This document shows positions 1-10,190 of a DNA stretch of 32,000 bases, piece by piece. How positions within the stretch are numbered: the stretch's first letter is position 1; each line of letters begins with the position of its first letter. A program made the translations under genes and the position numbers. The notes below the pieces were generated by a model. The model ran no database searches. It worked only from the letters and a program-made list of their open reading frames with translations, and was not told where the DNA came from. This stretch comes from Synechococcus elongatus PCC 6301 (GTDB lineage: Bacteria; Cyanobacteriota; Cyanobacteriia; Synechococcales; Synechococcaceae), in NCBI RefSeq assembly GCF_000010065.1, contig NC_006576.1, positions 810,001-842,000 of the forward strand, given 5' to 3'.

Positions 1-687
1 ATTAGTCTCGAAGCGTTGCTGCGCTGGAACCATCCCCATTTCGGCTACATTTCACCCGCCCTTTTCATTCCCTTGGCTGAAGATTCTGGGCAAATTGAAT
101 CGCTAGGAGAATGGGCTGTTCATGAAGCCTGCCATCAGCTAGCGGAGTGGGCTAAACAACCCGATCTAGCGCACTTGCGCGTAGCAGTGAACTGCAGCTT
201 TGTTGATCTCAAGACCGAACGCTGGGCTGCGACAGTCAAGACAGCACTCCAGAGTAGTCAACTGCCACCTTCCCAGTTGATTGTGGAATATACCGAAAGC
301 GCAATTGCCAAGGATCCAGCTGCTGCGATCGCCCTCAGTTCCTATCTACAAGATCTAGGAGTAGATGTCGCACTCGATGACTTTGGATCGGGGTATTCCA
401 GCATGGCCTACCTCATTCAATTCCAAGCGCAGGGGCTCAAAATCGATCGCAGTTTAATCACCCCGATCGTAGAAGACGAGCGATCGCAGGCCGTGGTGCG
501 TACGATTATTGATTTAGCCAAACGGCTGGGTTTGAGAACCACTGCAGAAGGCGTAGAAGAACGAGAACAACTGGAATTACTCCATAGTTGGGGCTGTGAT
601 TTTGCCCAAGGATTCTACTTCAGCAGACCCCTACTGGCTGACGATCTCCCTGACTTTATTCGCAACTACGAAGGATTGTCCTTGTGA
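1..687 (+). CDS. EAL-domain protein (c-di-GMP phosphodiesterase-like), C-terminal part; truncated by the window edge
   Basis: Frame 1 is open from base 1 and reads ISLEALLRWNHPHFGYISPALFIPLAEDSG (EALLRW motif), then VDVALDDFGSGYSSMAYL, LKIDRSLI and TTAEGVEE. Confidence 0.93.
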   Translation: MSLEALLRWNHPHFGYISPALFIPLAEDSGQIESLGEWAVHEACHQLAEWAKQPDLAHLRVAVNCSFVDLKTERWAATVKTALQSSQLPPSQLIVEYTESAIAKDPAAAIALSSYLQDLGVDVALDDFGSGYSSMAYLIQFQAQGLKIDRSLITPIVEDERSQAVVRTIIDLAKRLGLRTTAEGVEEREQLELLHSWGCDFAQGFYFSRPLLADDLPDFIRNYEGLSL

Positions 688-771
688 TTTGCTTGGATTA
701 AAACGCCTCAGATCACACCAAAGATTACTAATTCGTCCCATCCTTGGCAGCACGATCGCAATCCGCTGCAA

Positions 772-1503
772 TTACGACTCCTGCGATCGCCCTAGATAGA
801 GTTCACCGAGGAGCGGATCATCAAGAAGCTCTGCAGCTGGACCAGTTTGACGATCGCGACCACTCTCAAGAATGCAACCACGATCGGCTAGTTGTAGGGC
901 ACGACGGGTGTTTTGCTCCACCAAAATGATTGTGGTGCCGCTGTTGTTAATCGCACGAATTTGTTCGAAGACCGTCGCAACCATCAGCGGCGACAGGGCT
1001 GCTGATGGTTCATCCAAAACCAACAGCGTCGGTTCTGCCGCCAAGGCTCGCCCCATTGCTAAGAGTTGACGTTCACCGCCGGACAGCGTTCCAGCTCGCT
1101 GCGATCGCCGAGTGGCGAGGGTCGGGAACAGGTCATAGATGCGGGCGATCGCAGCGGGTCGATGCTGGGGCCGGATTTGGAACAGCCCCATCTCTAGATT
1201 TTCAGCTACCGTCAAGCTGGCAAAAACGTTTCGCACTTGCGGCACATAACCAATGCCCAACCGCACGATCGCTTCGGAGCTGAGACGACTGATCTCTTGC
1301 CCGCGGAAACGAATGCTGCCACTGCGTACTGGTACCAGACCCAGTAGCGTCTTAGCCAAAGTAGATTTTCCGGCGCCATTGGGTCCCAAGAGCGTCAGCA
1401 ATTCACCCGCCGCGACTTGGAGATTGACCCCTTGGACAATATCCAGATCGGGAAGGTAGCCCGCAAAAACTTGGTCTAGATCAAGCAGTGGCGCAGCATT
1501 CAT
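772..1503 (-). CDS. ABC transporter ATP-binding protein, branched-chain amino acid LivF-like family
   Basis: Walker A LLGPNGAGKST, signature LSGGERQLLAMGRAL, Walker B LLVLDEPSAALSP, H-loop region IILVEQN. Confidence 0.9.
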   Translation of the reverse strand: MNAAPLLDLDQVFAGYLPDLDIVQGVNLQVAAGELLTLLGPNGAGKSTLAKTLLGLVPVRSGSIRFRGQEISRLSSEAIVRLGIGYVPQVRNVFASLTVAENLEMGLFQIRPQHRPAAIARIYDLFPTLATRRSQRAGTLSGGERQLLAMGRALAAEPTLLVLDEPSAALSPLMVATVFEQIRAINNSGTTIILVEQNTRRALQLADRGCILESGRDRQTGPAAELLDDPLLGELYLGRSQES

Positions 1504-1509
1504 TGGACC

Positions 1510-1734
1510 TTAGGGCGTTTGCTGCAACTCGGGACGTTCTTCGGGCAGAATGGCACCTTCGACCGGACAGACTTGCAGGCAAATACCGCAGTCGATGCAG
1601 GTGCTGAAGTCAATCCAGTACCAAGTCGTTCCCTTTTGGTTGCGTCCCGGCCCTTCTTGGATGCAAGCAACCGGGCAGGCATCGACACAGTCAGCGACCC
1701 CTTCGCAGGTATTCGTAACAATGGTGTGCGCCAC
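1510..1734 (-). CDS. Small ferredoxin with Fe-S cluster motifs
   Basis: CEGVADCVDACPVACI...CIDCGICLQVCPVEGAI cysteine spacing. Confidence 0.88.
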   Translation of the reverse strand: MAHTIVTNTCEGVADCVDACPVACIQEGPGRNQKGTTWYWIDFSTCIDCGICLQVCPVEGAILPEERPELQQTP

Positions 1735-1766
1735 AACAGCAAGTCAGCGAGATAACGCCCCCTAGC

Positions 1767-3029
1767 CTAACAAGTTGTGGTGGCTCGCTCCGCCACGGCC
1801 ACCGCTTCACTCTGGGGGGCGCTGCCGCTACTCACCCAAACAATGCGACCAATCCGTCGCCGCTGGGCAAAGGCCTGCACCACTTCTGGCCGGCGATCGC
1901 TGTCGAGGTAGAGCTCCACTCGCAGCTGGTCCTGACGCTGCAGACGCTGGGCTTCGGCCAAAGCAGCCCCATAAGCCTCGGAATCAACGGGAATCACCAG
2001 TTGATCGATGGCGGGCGGGCGGTGGGGCAAGCGGTTGGCCGCTAGCAATACCTGTTGCAGGTTCTCAATGTTGCAGGAGAAACCGATGCCGGGCTGACCG
2101 GCTGCCTGCGGATCGTAGACATCCAAGAGGCGATCATAGCGGCCGCCCTGAGCCAACACCCAAGGCCCAGTCGGTGTTTCATAGACGACTTCGAAGACGA
2201 TGCCAGTGTAGTAGTCAAAGCTGCGCAGCAAGCTTAAATCGAGCAGCAACGGCGAATCTTGGGGGCCAGCGCTAGCGTTATAGAGCTCAACCAGTTGGGC
2301 TAGGCGATCGCGCAGGGTCTGTTCGAGGGGAGTCAGGGTCAGTTGCTGGAGTTTGGCAAAAACCTGATCTGGTTGACCGCGTAGATCATGCAGTAACAAG
2401 GCGCGATCGCGGAGTTGGGACTCGAGGGGCAGAGATTCTAAGGTGACGCGATCGAGCTGAGCGATCGCCTGCCGCACCTTTTCGCGCAGGTCTTTGGGGA
2501 AGGGTTGTAGGAGCGATCGGGTCAGACTGGCTTCACCGACGACTAGATGCCAGCTCCCCAGCGGCGGCTGTCCAAAGCCCAGCTCCGCCAAAGCATCCGC
2601 CAGCACGTGCAACACTTCAGCATCTGCCAGCGTCCCGCCGACCCCCAGCAGTTCCACGCCAGCTTGAAACAGTTCGCGCTGCTGGAGGCGATCGCCTTGG
2701 AAGGCCGGACGAAAGACATTGGCGAGGTAGTAGAGCCGCAGCGGCAGGGAAGAACCTGCCAGCCGAGTGACTGCCGCTCGCGCGATCGAAGCCGTCAACT
2801 CCGGCCGCAGTCCCAAGCCCGACTCCTCATCGGACTGCACTTGGATTACCGCTGAGCGCTGCACAGCACCGCCGGCTACCAAGGTATCCAACCGCTCCAA
2901 TGTCGGCGTGATGATGCGTTGATAGCCCCACTGCTGAAAAACCTGCTGCAAGCGGCTTTCGATCCAGCGCTTTTGGGTCACGTCTTGGGGCAGCAGGTCG
3001 CGAGTACCGGCTGGAGGCTGATGCACCAT
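1767..3029 (-). CDS. hisZ: ATP phosphoribosyltransferase regulatory subunit (HisRS-like)
   Basis: HisRS-like core: PAGTRDLLP, LRPELTASIARAA, LRLYYLANVFR, RSFDYYTGIVFEVV, QGGRYDRLL. Short-form HisG is also present in the window. Confidence 0.85.
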   Translation of the reverse strand: MVHQPPAGTRDLLPQDVTQKRWIESRLQQVFQQWGYQRIITPTLERLDTLVAGGAVQRSAVIQVQSDEESGLGLRPELTASIARAAVTRLAGSSLPLRLYYLANVFRPAFQGDRLQQRELFQAGVELLGVGGTLADAEVLHVLADALAELGFGQPPLGSWHLVVGEASLTRSLLQPFPKDLREKVRQAIAQLDRVTLESLPLESQLRDRALLLHDLRGQPDQVFAKLQQLTLTPLEQTLRDRLAQLVELYNASAGPQDSPLLLDLSLLRSFDYYTGIVFEVVYETPTGPWVLAQGGRYDRLLDVYDPQAAGQPGIGFSCNIENLQQVLLAANRLPHRPPAIDQLVIPVDSEAYGAALAEAQRLQRQDQLRVELYLDSDRRPEVVQAFAQRRRIGRIVWVSSGSAPQSEAVAVAERATTTC

Positions 3030-3054
3030 GAATTTGATCTGTCCTCAGTCTGTC

Positions 3055-3975
3055 TTACTTGTTCTTGCTAAACCAACCGCCGAGCAGCCCTCGCTTGCCT
3101 TTGGGCGGTGGCGGCGGCGCAGCCTTGGCGTCTTGCTGGGCGAGTTGCCGTTGGGCCTCAAGGGCTTGAGCATTTTGAGGATCCAGCGCCAGAGCCCTGC
3201 GAATTGAAACCCGAGCCATGGTCAGTTGATTTTGCTGCAAATAGATGGACCCCATCAAGGCATGGCAGCGGCTATCGTTGGCATCGAGACGGAGGGCATC
3301 CCGCAGTTCCGCGATCGCCGGAGCAAAGGCTTGCTTGCTGACGTAGTCCTCAGCCCGTCGTAGGTAACTGGCAACCCGCTCAGATGTACTCGTGGCTCCA
3401 GTTGCGACAGGAGCCGCTTCCCCTTGAGTCGCAGCTGTCGCAGCAGCAGGAACTGGGGTGACTGTAACCTTAGCCATCGGCATTGTTTCAGCCACGCCCG
3501 GATTGCGCTGCAGATAGACAAGGTTGAGCTCGCTCAGCTGGTTAATGCGTTCTTCAATTTCCGAGAGCGAGCTGTAGAGATCGGTCGAGAGTTGCTGAAC
3601 AAGAGCTTGATAGTCGGCACGAATTTGAGGACTGATGGCCAGCTTTTGAGCAGCCTCATGCATGGCTCGAATCGAGATTTGGCGCGCTCGGGCCTGCTGC
3701 GCTTTGGCTTGTAATACCAGGAGGTGATCTTGATAGCGCTGCGGCTGTGATAAGGCGTTGTAAGCCGGGTTGACAACTCTGGCAAGCACGAGGGTACTGG
3801 TGTCTCGCAGCTGTTGCCGATCGCCCTGCAAGCGATCAGGGTGAAGCCGACGCACAATTTGGAGGTACTGACGACGAATTTGTTCGGGTGTCGCATCGAC
3901 AGAGACGCCCAAAATAGCGTGATAGTCGTTGAAGTCGTCGAGCTGAAACAGCCCCTTATCGAGGCGGAGAACCAT
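3055..3975 (-). CDS. N-terminal J-domain protein with C-terminal TPR region
   Basis: DYHAILGVSVDATPEQIRRQYLQIVRRLHPDR (HPD) and TPR-like repeats AFAPAIAELRDALRLDANDSRCHALMGSIYLQQNQLTMARVSIRRALALDPQN. Confidence 0.85.
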   Translation of the reverse strand: MVLRLDKGLFQLDDFNDYHAILGVSVDATPEQIRRQYLQIVRRLHPDRLQGDRQQLRDTSTLVLARVVNPAYNALSQPQRYQDHLLVLQAKAQQARARQISIRAMHEAAQKLAISPQIRADYQALVQQLSTDLYSSLSEIEERINQLSELNLVYLQRNPGVAETMPMAKVTVTPVPAAATAATQGEAAPVATGATSTSERVASYLRRAEDYVSKQAFAPAIAELRDALRLDANDSRCHALMGSIYLQQNQLTMARVSIRRALALDPQNAQALEAQRQLAQQDAKAAPPPPPKGKRGLLGGWFSKNK

Positions 3976-4099
3976 TTGCCTAAGCTCCTGAAAAACCGCC
4001 GAGGAGCGGCGTCCTTTAGACTTACCCGTCGCACCAAGGACTCGCTAGCACTGGGCTATACCTAACTTGCCAAATCTTTTGATGCATCTGAGTTCGACC

Positions 4100-5683
4100 T
4101 TAGTCGGGGATCGCGGGGGGCTGAGCAGGGAAAGAGAGCGTCTCCCCCAGGATCGGTGAGAGTTCCTGACTAAGCTGGCCAGATCGCACAAATTCCGCGT
4201 AGGTATCCGCTTCGATCGCCAACAGTTCGTCTTGTAGGCTCTCGAGTGCATAGTGCTGCAACTCGGGCTGGCGATCACAGAGTTCCGTCAGCTCTTGCGC
4301 CAGACTCTTCAGCTTGGCTTCAATCAACTGGATTTGCTCGCGACAAAACTCTGGGTCAATCTCCGCCTGCGGTTCGGCCTGTTGTAAGCGCAGCAGCACC
4401 CGCTGTAAGGCCGTTTGGCGCGCGATCGCCTCCGCATACTGTTGCCGTAGAGCTTGATCGCCGAGTAATCCCAGTGCTCCCAGCAGTGGTTTCATCGTCA
4501 GCCCTTGGACCAACAGGGTAAACAGCACCGAGCCAAACACGGTCGCCGTAATCAAATCCCGCTGGAGCAGCACCGTCGGAATGCTCAGCGCTAGCGCGAT
4601 CGAAACAGCGCCGCGAATGCCACCCCACCAGACCACAACCAACTCGCGCCACGAGAGGTCGGAGTGCGACAGCCGATTACTGAGCCAGCCCAAGCCAAAG
4701 GTCGCGATCGCTCTTGCTGCCAGCATCGCCACGACAGTAATCGCGATCGCTCCACGGTTCTGCCAGAGACTCTCCAAGGGCACCTGATCGCCAATCAAGA
4801 GAAAGACGATTGAGTTGACAAAAAAAGCTAGAAACTCCCAGAACTCCGTGACGATGACTCGGGTGCGTGGGCTCATGCCAATGCGCGAGCCAAAATTGCC
4901 CAAAATCAGGCCAACCGGCACCACTGCAATCACGCCAGAACCGCCCAGTTGCTCACTCAAGAGATAACTGCCGTAGGCGGCCACAAGGGCCAAGGATTGT
5001 TCGAGCAGCGGTAGATCGAGTCGTTGCGTCAGAAACGAAACCCCGAACCCGATCAGGCAACCGGAACCAATGCCGATACCGAGATAGCGAATTAAGTCGG
5101 CCAGCAGTGATTTTGCCTCAAACCCTTGCACTTCTAGCGGCAGCGCTAGCAGAAGACTGAGGGTAACAACTGCGACCCCATCGTTGAAAAGACTTTCGCC
5201 CTCGACCAAGGTTCGTGTCCGTTCTGCCACCCCTAACTCACGGAACATGGCGATCACAGACACTGGATCTGTTGTCGCCAAACTTGCCCCAATCAAGAGG
5301 GCAATCACGATAGGAACTGAGGTAGTCTGCGAGAGTCCAAAAGCGATACCAAGGATTGAAATTCCGACGCCAATCACGGCATAGAGGCTGATTGGAACCC
5401 AATCTTTTTTGAGGTTATTCCATTTCAAATTCCAAGCCGCTTCAAACAATAGGGGCGGCAAGAAAATCGAGAGAATTAACTCCGGCGATAAGTTGATCAG
5501 CCGGACATTAAATAGGGCCAGCCCTAACCCCGCAATCACCAAAAGTAAAGTGTAGGGAATTTGGCGAAACCAGCTAAAAACCTGGGGTAGAGTTGCCACA
5601 CTAAGGGCGACGACCAGAGCCAAAAAAAACCGCTCTAATCCGTATTCCAGCGCTGGCTCAGTGGCCAGGACTTCAAGGCTCAT
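4100..5683 (-). CDS. Na+/H+ antiporter, CPA1/NhaP family
   Basis: Multi-TM protein with FLPPLLFEAAW, GASLATTDPVSVIA, EGESLFNDGVAVV and WGGIRGAVSIALALS. Confidence 0.9.
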   Translation of the reverse strand: MSLEVLATEPALEYGLERFFLALVVALSVATLPQVFSWFRQIPYTLLLVIAGLGLALFNVRLINLSPELILSIFLPPLLFEAAWNLKWNNLKKDWVPISLYAVIGVGISILGIAFGLSQTTSVPIVIALLIGASLATTDPVSVIAMFRELGVAERTRTLVEGESLFNDGVAVVTLSLLLALPLEVQGFEAKSLLADLIRYLGIGIGSGCLIGFGVSFLTQRLDLPLLEQSLALVAAYGSYLLSEQLGGSGVIAVVPVGLILGNFGSRIGMSPRTRVIVTEFWEFLAFFVNSIVFLLIGDQVPLESLWQNRGAIAITVVAMLAARAIATFGLGWLSNRLSHSDLSWRELVVVWWGGIRGAVSIALALSIPTVLLQRDLITATVFGSVLFTLLVQGLTMKPLLGALGLLGDQALRQQYAEAIARQTALQRVLLRLQQAEPQAEIDPEFCREQIQLIEAKLKSLAQELTELCDRQPELQHYALESLQDELLAIEADTYAEFVRSGQLSQELSPILGETLSFPAQPPAIPD

Positions 5684-5782
5684 GGGTGTGTGTGTAGCAG
5701 GCTATCGTCCATTATTCGGCCTCAGCCTCGTAATCCTGCAGCCAGCGGTGTTTTTGGGCCAAGCGACTCAGCGATCGCGGGA

Positions 5783-6025
5783 TCAATTCCAGCGATCCAA
5801 AAACGTTTCGAATGCTTCTGGATCTAGATCCTCTGCCGTGAACCCCCAGCCCAAATCCTGATCGGCCGGAGCGGCATAGTGCTGCGCGATCGCAGTTTGT
5901 CGATGCTGCCGCCGCCAGGTTTCGAGGGCTTCCTGAATGACCGCTTCAGGGTCCAGCCCCTGCGCTTCGATGTAGGCGAGCAAATGATCCGCGATTTCCA
6001 AGGTGTAGCGAGCCATCGTCAGCAA
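5783..6025 (-). CDS. Small hypothetical protein, possibly antitoxin-like
   Basis: 80-aa ORF MARYTLEIADHLLAYIEAQGLDPEAVIQEALETWRRQ...; helical N-terminus and acidic C-terminus. Confidence 0.5.
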   Translation of the reverse strand: MLTMARYTLEIADHLLAYIEAQGLDPEAVIQEALETWRRQHRQTAIAQHYAAPADQDLGWGFTAEDLDPEAFETFLDRWN

Positions 6026-6069
6026 TCACCAAGAAGAACTGTTCGGTCAGGGTTTAGGGCGTCTGGGGT

Positions 6070-7770
6070 TCAGTCTCGGGGAGGGGGCCCAGGTTCCACT
6101 GGCACAGCGACTTGGGGGGCCGGTGCTAGCACGGCTTCCACGAGAACCCAGCCCTGCATGGAGGCACGGTGCTGCCAGTTGTCTGGCAAGGCGGGGACTT
6201 GGGCAGGGGCAACCCAAACGCGATCGCCCGCTGGCCGATCGGTAATCGTCTGCAGGCGCTGACCCAAGCGTGGACTGTTGAGGGCCAGTTGAATCCACTG
6301 CTGATGAGTTGTGCCATCCACCGGATCGATCGCCCAAAAATTGACGGGTGCTTCTCGTAATAGAGCTTGCACTGCCGGTTGTTGCAGTGCGTAGCGCGTT
6401 ACGGGACTGCGATCGCTCAGCAGGTGCCAATGGCTGACGGTGGCTAGCCCCAACCAGGGTCCGAGCAGCCAGCCACAGCACCAAAGCAGACTGGCTTTCC
6501 GCAGTTGTTGCCGCTGGCTATAGACAATCGGCAGAGTTAGCCAGCCCAGCCCTAGCGCGATCGCCACCCAGCCATAGGGACGCAAACTCGGATCGGCAAG
6601 GGCTGAAATTTGACCCGAGAGCAGGGCAATCGCAGCGAGTACCAACACCAGTCCCAATCCGCCAAAGGTCCAGCTCAGCATTGCAGTCCAGCGATGAGTC
6701 GGCTGACGAGCACTCAAGCTAAATCCAGAGGATGGCTTCAGACTGGTCGCCAGCCAGCTCAAGCTCATTGCTGCCAGCAAAGCCACCCAGGGCAACAGCT
6801 GCAAGGCGTAGTAAGGCGTGCGGGTGCGAAAGCTGGAGAGAATCAGCAATAGTAGCAGCGGATAGACACCCAGTAGCCATTGATAGTGCCGCTGTAAATC
6901 ACGATCGCGTTCCGGTCGCAGCCAGAGGCGAACCCAGCCAATTAGCCCAAACAGTGGCCATGGGAAAGCATTGAGCGGCAAGTTCCAGAGGTAGAAAGTC
7001 CAAGGCTGGCTGTAGAGATCTTCGCTGGCCAGAAAGAAAAATTTGTCGAAGAGTTGGGCGATCGCGAGATCACCCCAGCGCTGCTGACTGCCCCAGAGCC
7101 AAATCCCGACCGGAATCCAGCCGACGATGAGGCCAAGCCAGAGGCCACGATTGCGCAGTAGCTTCGGCGCATACCAGAAAAACCAAGGAGCGATCGCAAG
7201 CAGTGGCACGCCAATCATGAAGCCTTTGATCAAAAAGCCAAGGCCAACCCCCAAACCCGCCACAAAGCCCCAGAGATTAGCTCGGCGATCGCCCGAGACG
7301 GCTTGTAGGAGCGCCCAAATCGAGAGCAACTCGACCGCTAGCAACGGCATATCTTGGGTTGCTAGTTGCGCGTACTGAAACCAAAGGGGCGTCACTAGCA
7401 GAATGCCCGCCGCCAACAGGGCTTGGGGACGAGGCAAGAGGCGATCGCCAATCGCAAAGGTCAACCAGAGCGTTGCCAGTCCACTGAGCAAAGCCGGTAG
7501 GCGGACGGCAGTGGTGCAGAAGCCAAACAGCTTGTAACTCGCAGCGATCAGCCATTGCACCCCGATTGTGCGGTCGTAGAGTGGCTCTTGCCACCAGCGC
7601 GGCGTTACCCAATCACCCGTTTCCACAATCCAACGGGCCTGCAGGGCGTAATAGCCCTCATCGTGAGACATCAGACTTGTTGAGGAGCCAAGACTCAACC
7701 CCACCAAGATCAGGAAAGCTAACAGCAGCAGACCGAGGGCGATCGCGATCGCGGGTCGGCGCGGGCCCAT
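6070..7770 (-). CDS. ArnT-like / family 39 dolichyl-phosphate-mannose-type glycosyltransferase, membrane protein
   Basis: SHDEGYYALQARWIVETGDWVTPRWWQEPLYDRTIGVQWLIAASYKLFG plus many TM segments. The track ORF starts at 7797; MGPRRP at 7770 is a plausible start. Confidence 0.83.
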   Translation of the reverse strand: MGPRRPAIAIALGLLLLAFLILVGLSLGSSTSLMSHDEGYYALQARWIVETGDWVTPRWWQEPLYDRTIGVQWLIAASYKLFGFCTTAVRLPALLSGLATLWLTFAIGDRLLPRPQALLAAGILLVTPLWFQYAQLATQDMPLLAVELLSIWALLQAVSGDRRANLWGFVAGLGVGLGFLIKGFMIGVPLLAIAPWFFWYAPKLLRNRGLWLGLIVGWIPVGIWLWGSQQRWGDLAIAQLFDKFFFLASEDLYSQPWTFYLWNLPLNAFPWPLFGLIGWVRLWLRPERDRDLQRHYQWLLGVYPLLLLLILSSFRTRTPYYALQLLPWVALLAAMSLSWLATSLKPSSGFSLSARQPTHRWTAMLSWTFGGLGLVLVLAAIALLSGQISALADPSLRPYGWVAIALGLGWLTLPIVYSQRQQLRKASLLWCCGWLLGPWLGLATVSHWHLLSDRSPVTRYALQQPAVQALLREAPVNFWAIDPVDGTTHQQWIQLALNSPRLGQRLQTITDRPAGDRVWVAPAQVPALPDNWQHRASMQGWVLVEAVLAPAPQVAVPVEPGPPPRD

Positions 7771-7889
7771 AATCCTTGGTGAGCGGCTCGAAAACATCGA
7801 TACCAGCCATGCAACGCCCCTACGCTACCACCCCACCTTTTCGGATCGGAGACTAGGATGGGGGCGTTTTCTGTGAGGCTGACTAGCGC

Positions 7890-10019
7890 GTGGCAGCTCA
7901 AAATCTCTACATTCTGCACATTCAGACCCATGGTCTGCTGCGAGGGCAGAACTTGGAACTGGGGCGAGATGCCGACACCGGCGGGCAGACCAAGTACGTC
8001 TTAGAACTGGCTCAAGCCCAAGCTAAATCCCCACAAGTCCAACAAGTCGACATCATCACCCGCCAAATCACCGACCCCCGCGTCAGTGTTGGTTACAGTC
8101 AGGCGATCGAACCCTTTGCGCCCAAAGGTCGGATTGTCCGTTTGCCTTTTGGCCCCAAACGCTACCTCCGTAAAGAGCTGCTTTGGCCCCATCTCTACAC
8201 CTTTGCGGATGCAATTCTCCAATATCTGGCTCAGCAAAAGCGCACCCCGACTTGGATTCAGGCCCACTATGCTGATGCTGGCCAAGTGGGATCACTGCTG
8301 AGTCGCTGGTTGAATGTACCGCTAATTTTCACAGGGCATTCTCTGGGGCGGATCAAGCTAAAAAAGCTGTTGGAGCAAGACTGGCCGCTTGAGGAAATTG
8401 AAGCGCAATTCAATATTCAACAGCGAATTGATGCGGAGGAGATGACGCTCACTCATGCTGACTGGATTGTCGCCAGCACTCAGCAGGAAGTGGAGGAGCA
8501 ATACCGCGTTTACGATCGCTACAACCCAGAGCGCAAGCTTGTCATTCCACCGGGTGTCGATACCGATCGCTTCAGGTTTCAGCCCTTGGGCGATCGCGGT
8601 GTTGTTCTCCAACAGGAACTGAGCCGCTTTCTGCGCGACCCAGAAAAACCTCAAATTCTCTGCCTCTGTCGCCCCGCACCTCGCAAAAATGTACCGGCGC
8701 TGGTGCGAGCCTTTGGCGAACATCCTTGGCTGCGCAAAAAAGCCAACCTTGTCTTAGTACTGGGCAGCCGCCAAGACATCAACCAGATGGATCGCGGCAG
8801 TCGGCAGGTGTTCCAAGAGATTTTCCATCTGGTCGATCGCTACGACCTCTACGGCAGCGTCGCCTATCCCAAACAGCATCAGGCTGATGATGTGCCGGAG
8901 TTCTATCGCCTAGCGGCTCATTCCGGCGGGGTATTCGTCAATCCGGCGCTGACCGAACCTTTTGGTTTGACAATTTTGGAGGCAGGAAGCTGCGGCGTGC
9001 CGGTGGTGGCAACCCATGATGGCGGCCCCCAGGAAATTCTCAAACACTGTGATTTCGGCACTTTAGTTGATGTCAGCCGACCCGCTAATATCGCGACTGC
9101 ACTCGCCACCCTGCTGAGCGATCGCGATCTTTGGCAGTGCTATCACCGCAATGGCATTGAAAAAGTTCCCGCCCATTACAGCTGGGATCAACATGTCAAT
9201 ACCCTGTTTGAGCGCATGGAAACGGTGGCTTTGCCTCGTCGTCGTGCTGTCAGTTTCGTACGGAGTCGCAAACGCTTGATTGATGCCAAACGCCTTGTCG
9301 TTAGTGACATCGACAACACACTGTTGGCCGATCGTCAAGGACTCGAGAATTTAATGACCTATCTCGATCAGTATCGCGATCATTTTGCCTTTGGAATTGC
9401 CACGGGGCGTCGCCTAGACTCTGCCCAAGAAGTCTTGAAAGAGTGGGGCGTTCCTTCGCCAAACTTCTGGGTGACTTCCGTCGGCAGCGAGATTCACTAT
9501 GGCACCGATGCTGAACCGGATATCAGCTGGGAAAAGCATATCAATCGCAACTGGAATCCTCAGCGAATTCGGGCAGTAATGGCACAACTACCCTTTCTTG
9601 AACTGCAGCCGGAAGAGGATCAAACACCCTTCAAAGTCAGCTTCTTTGTCCGCGATCGCCACGAGACTGTGCTGCGAGAAGTACGGCAACATCTTCGCCG
9701 CCATCGCCTGCGGCTGAAGTCAATCTATTCCCATCAGGAGTTTCTTGACATTCTGCCGCTAGCTGCCTCGAAAGGGGATGCGATTCGCCACCTCTCACTC
9801 CGCTGGCGGATTCCTCTTGAGAACATTTTGGTGGCAGGCGATTCTGGTAACGATGAGGAAATGCTCAAGGGCCATAATCTCGGCGTTGTAGTTGGCAATT
9901 ACTCACCGGAATCGGAGCCACTGCGCAGCTACGAGCGCGTCTATTTTGCTGAGGGCCACTATGCTAATGGCATTCTGGAAGCCTTAAAACACTATCGCTT
10001 TTTTGAGGCGATCGCTTAA
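7890..10019 (+). CDS. sps: Sucrose-phosphate synthase with C-terminal HAD-type phosphatase-like domain
   Basis: GTG start; LHIQTHGLLRGQNLELGRDADTGGQTKYVLELA, GT-B features (FTGHSLGRIK, AFGEHPWLR, NPALTEPFGLTILEAGSCGVPVVATHDGG) and HAD motif VVSDIDNTLL. Confidence 0.95.
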   Translation: MAAQNLYILHIQTHGLLRGQNLELGRDADTGGQTKYVLELAQAQAKSPQVQQVDIITRQITDPRVSVGYSQAIEPFAPKGRIVRLPFGPKRYLRKELLWPHLYTFADAILQYLAQQKRTPTWIQAHYADAGQVGSLLSRWLNVPLIFTGHSLGRIKLKKLLEQDWPLEEIEAQFNIQQRIDAEEMTLTHADWIVASTQQEVEEQYRVYDRYNPERKLVIPPGVDTDRFRFQPLGDRGVVLQQELSRFLRDPEKPQILCLCRPAPRKNVPALVRAFGEHPWLRKKANLVLVLGSRQDINQMDRGSRQVFQEIFHLVDRYDLYGSVAYPKQHQADDVPEFYRLAAHSGGVFVNPALTEPFGLTILEAGSCGVPVVATHDGGPQEILKHCDFGTLVDVSRPANIATALATLLSDRDLWQCYHRNGIEKVPAHYSWDQHVNTLFERMETVALPRRRAVSFVRSRKRLIDAKRLVVSDIDNTLLADRQGLENLMTYLDQYRDHFAFGIATGRRLDSAQEVLKEWGVPSPNFWVTSVGSEIHYGTDAEPDISWEKHINRNWNPQRIRAVMAQLPFLELQPEEDQTPFKVSFFVRDRHETVLREVRQHLRRHRLRLKSIYSHQEFLDILPLAASKGDAIRHLSLRWRIPLENILVAGDSGNDEEMLKGHNLGVVVGNYSPESEPLRSYERVYFAEGHYANGILEALKHYRFFEAIA

Positions 10020-10031
10020 CCTTTTCAGTTA

Positions 10032-10078
10032 AAGATTGGGCGATCGCGTTGCTGCAATAGGTAGCGATTGCCAATCTT
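10032..10078 (+). terminator. Candidate imperfect hairpin downstream of sps
   Basis: AAGATTGGGCGATCGC ... GCGATTGCCAATCTT; arms complementary over about 15 positions; lies 12 bp after the sps stop; no strong U-tract. Confidence 0.5.
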
Positions 10079-10190
10079 GACCATTCCACTTGAGCGGGCA
10101 GCCAAAGTATTCAGTGCGATATTGCAGTCTTTTTCACGACGGGCTGAGAGAAGCGCGTGGGCTTAAGGTCTTTTTTGCAATCCCATGCAT

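Noticed and set aside
3976-4099. Gap between the J-domain gene and the antiporter as an RNA gene
   Set aside because: Short, with no stable structure beyond weak inverted repeats; more simply a promoter/leader for the J-domain gene.
7277-7612. ORF inside the ArnT-like glycosyltransferase gene
   Set aside because: Antiparallel/alternate-frame shadow with no recognizable domain.
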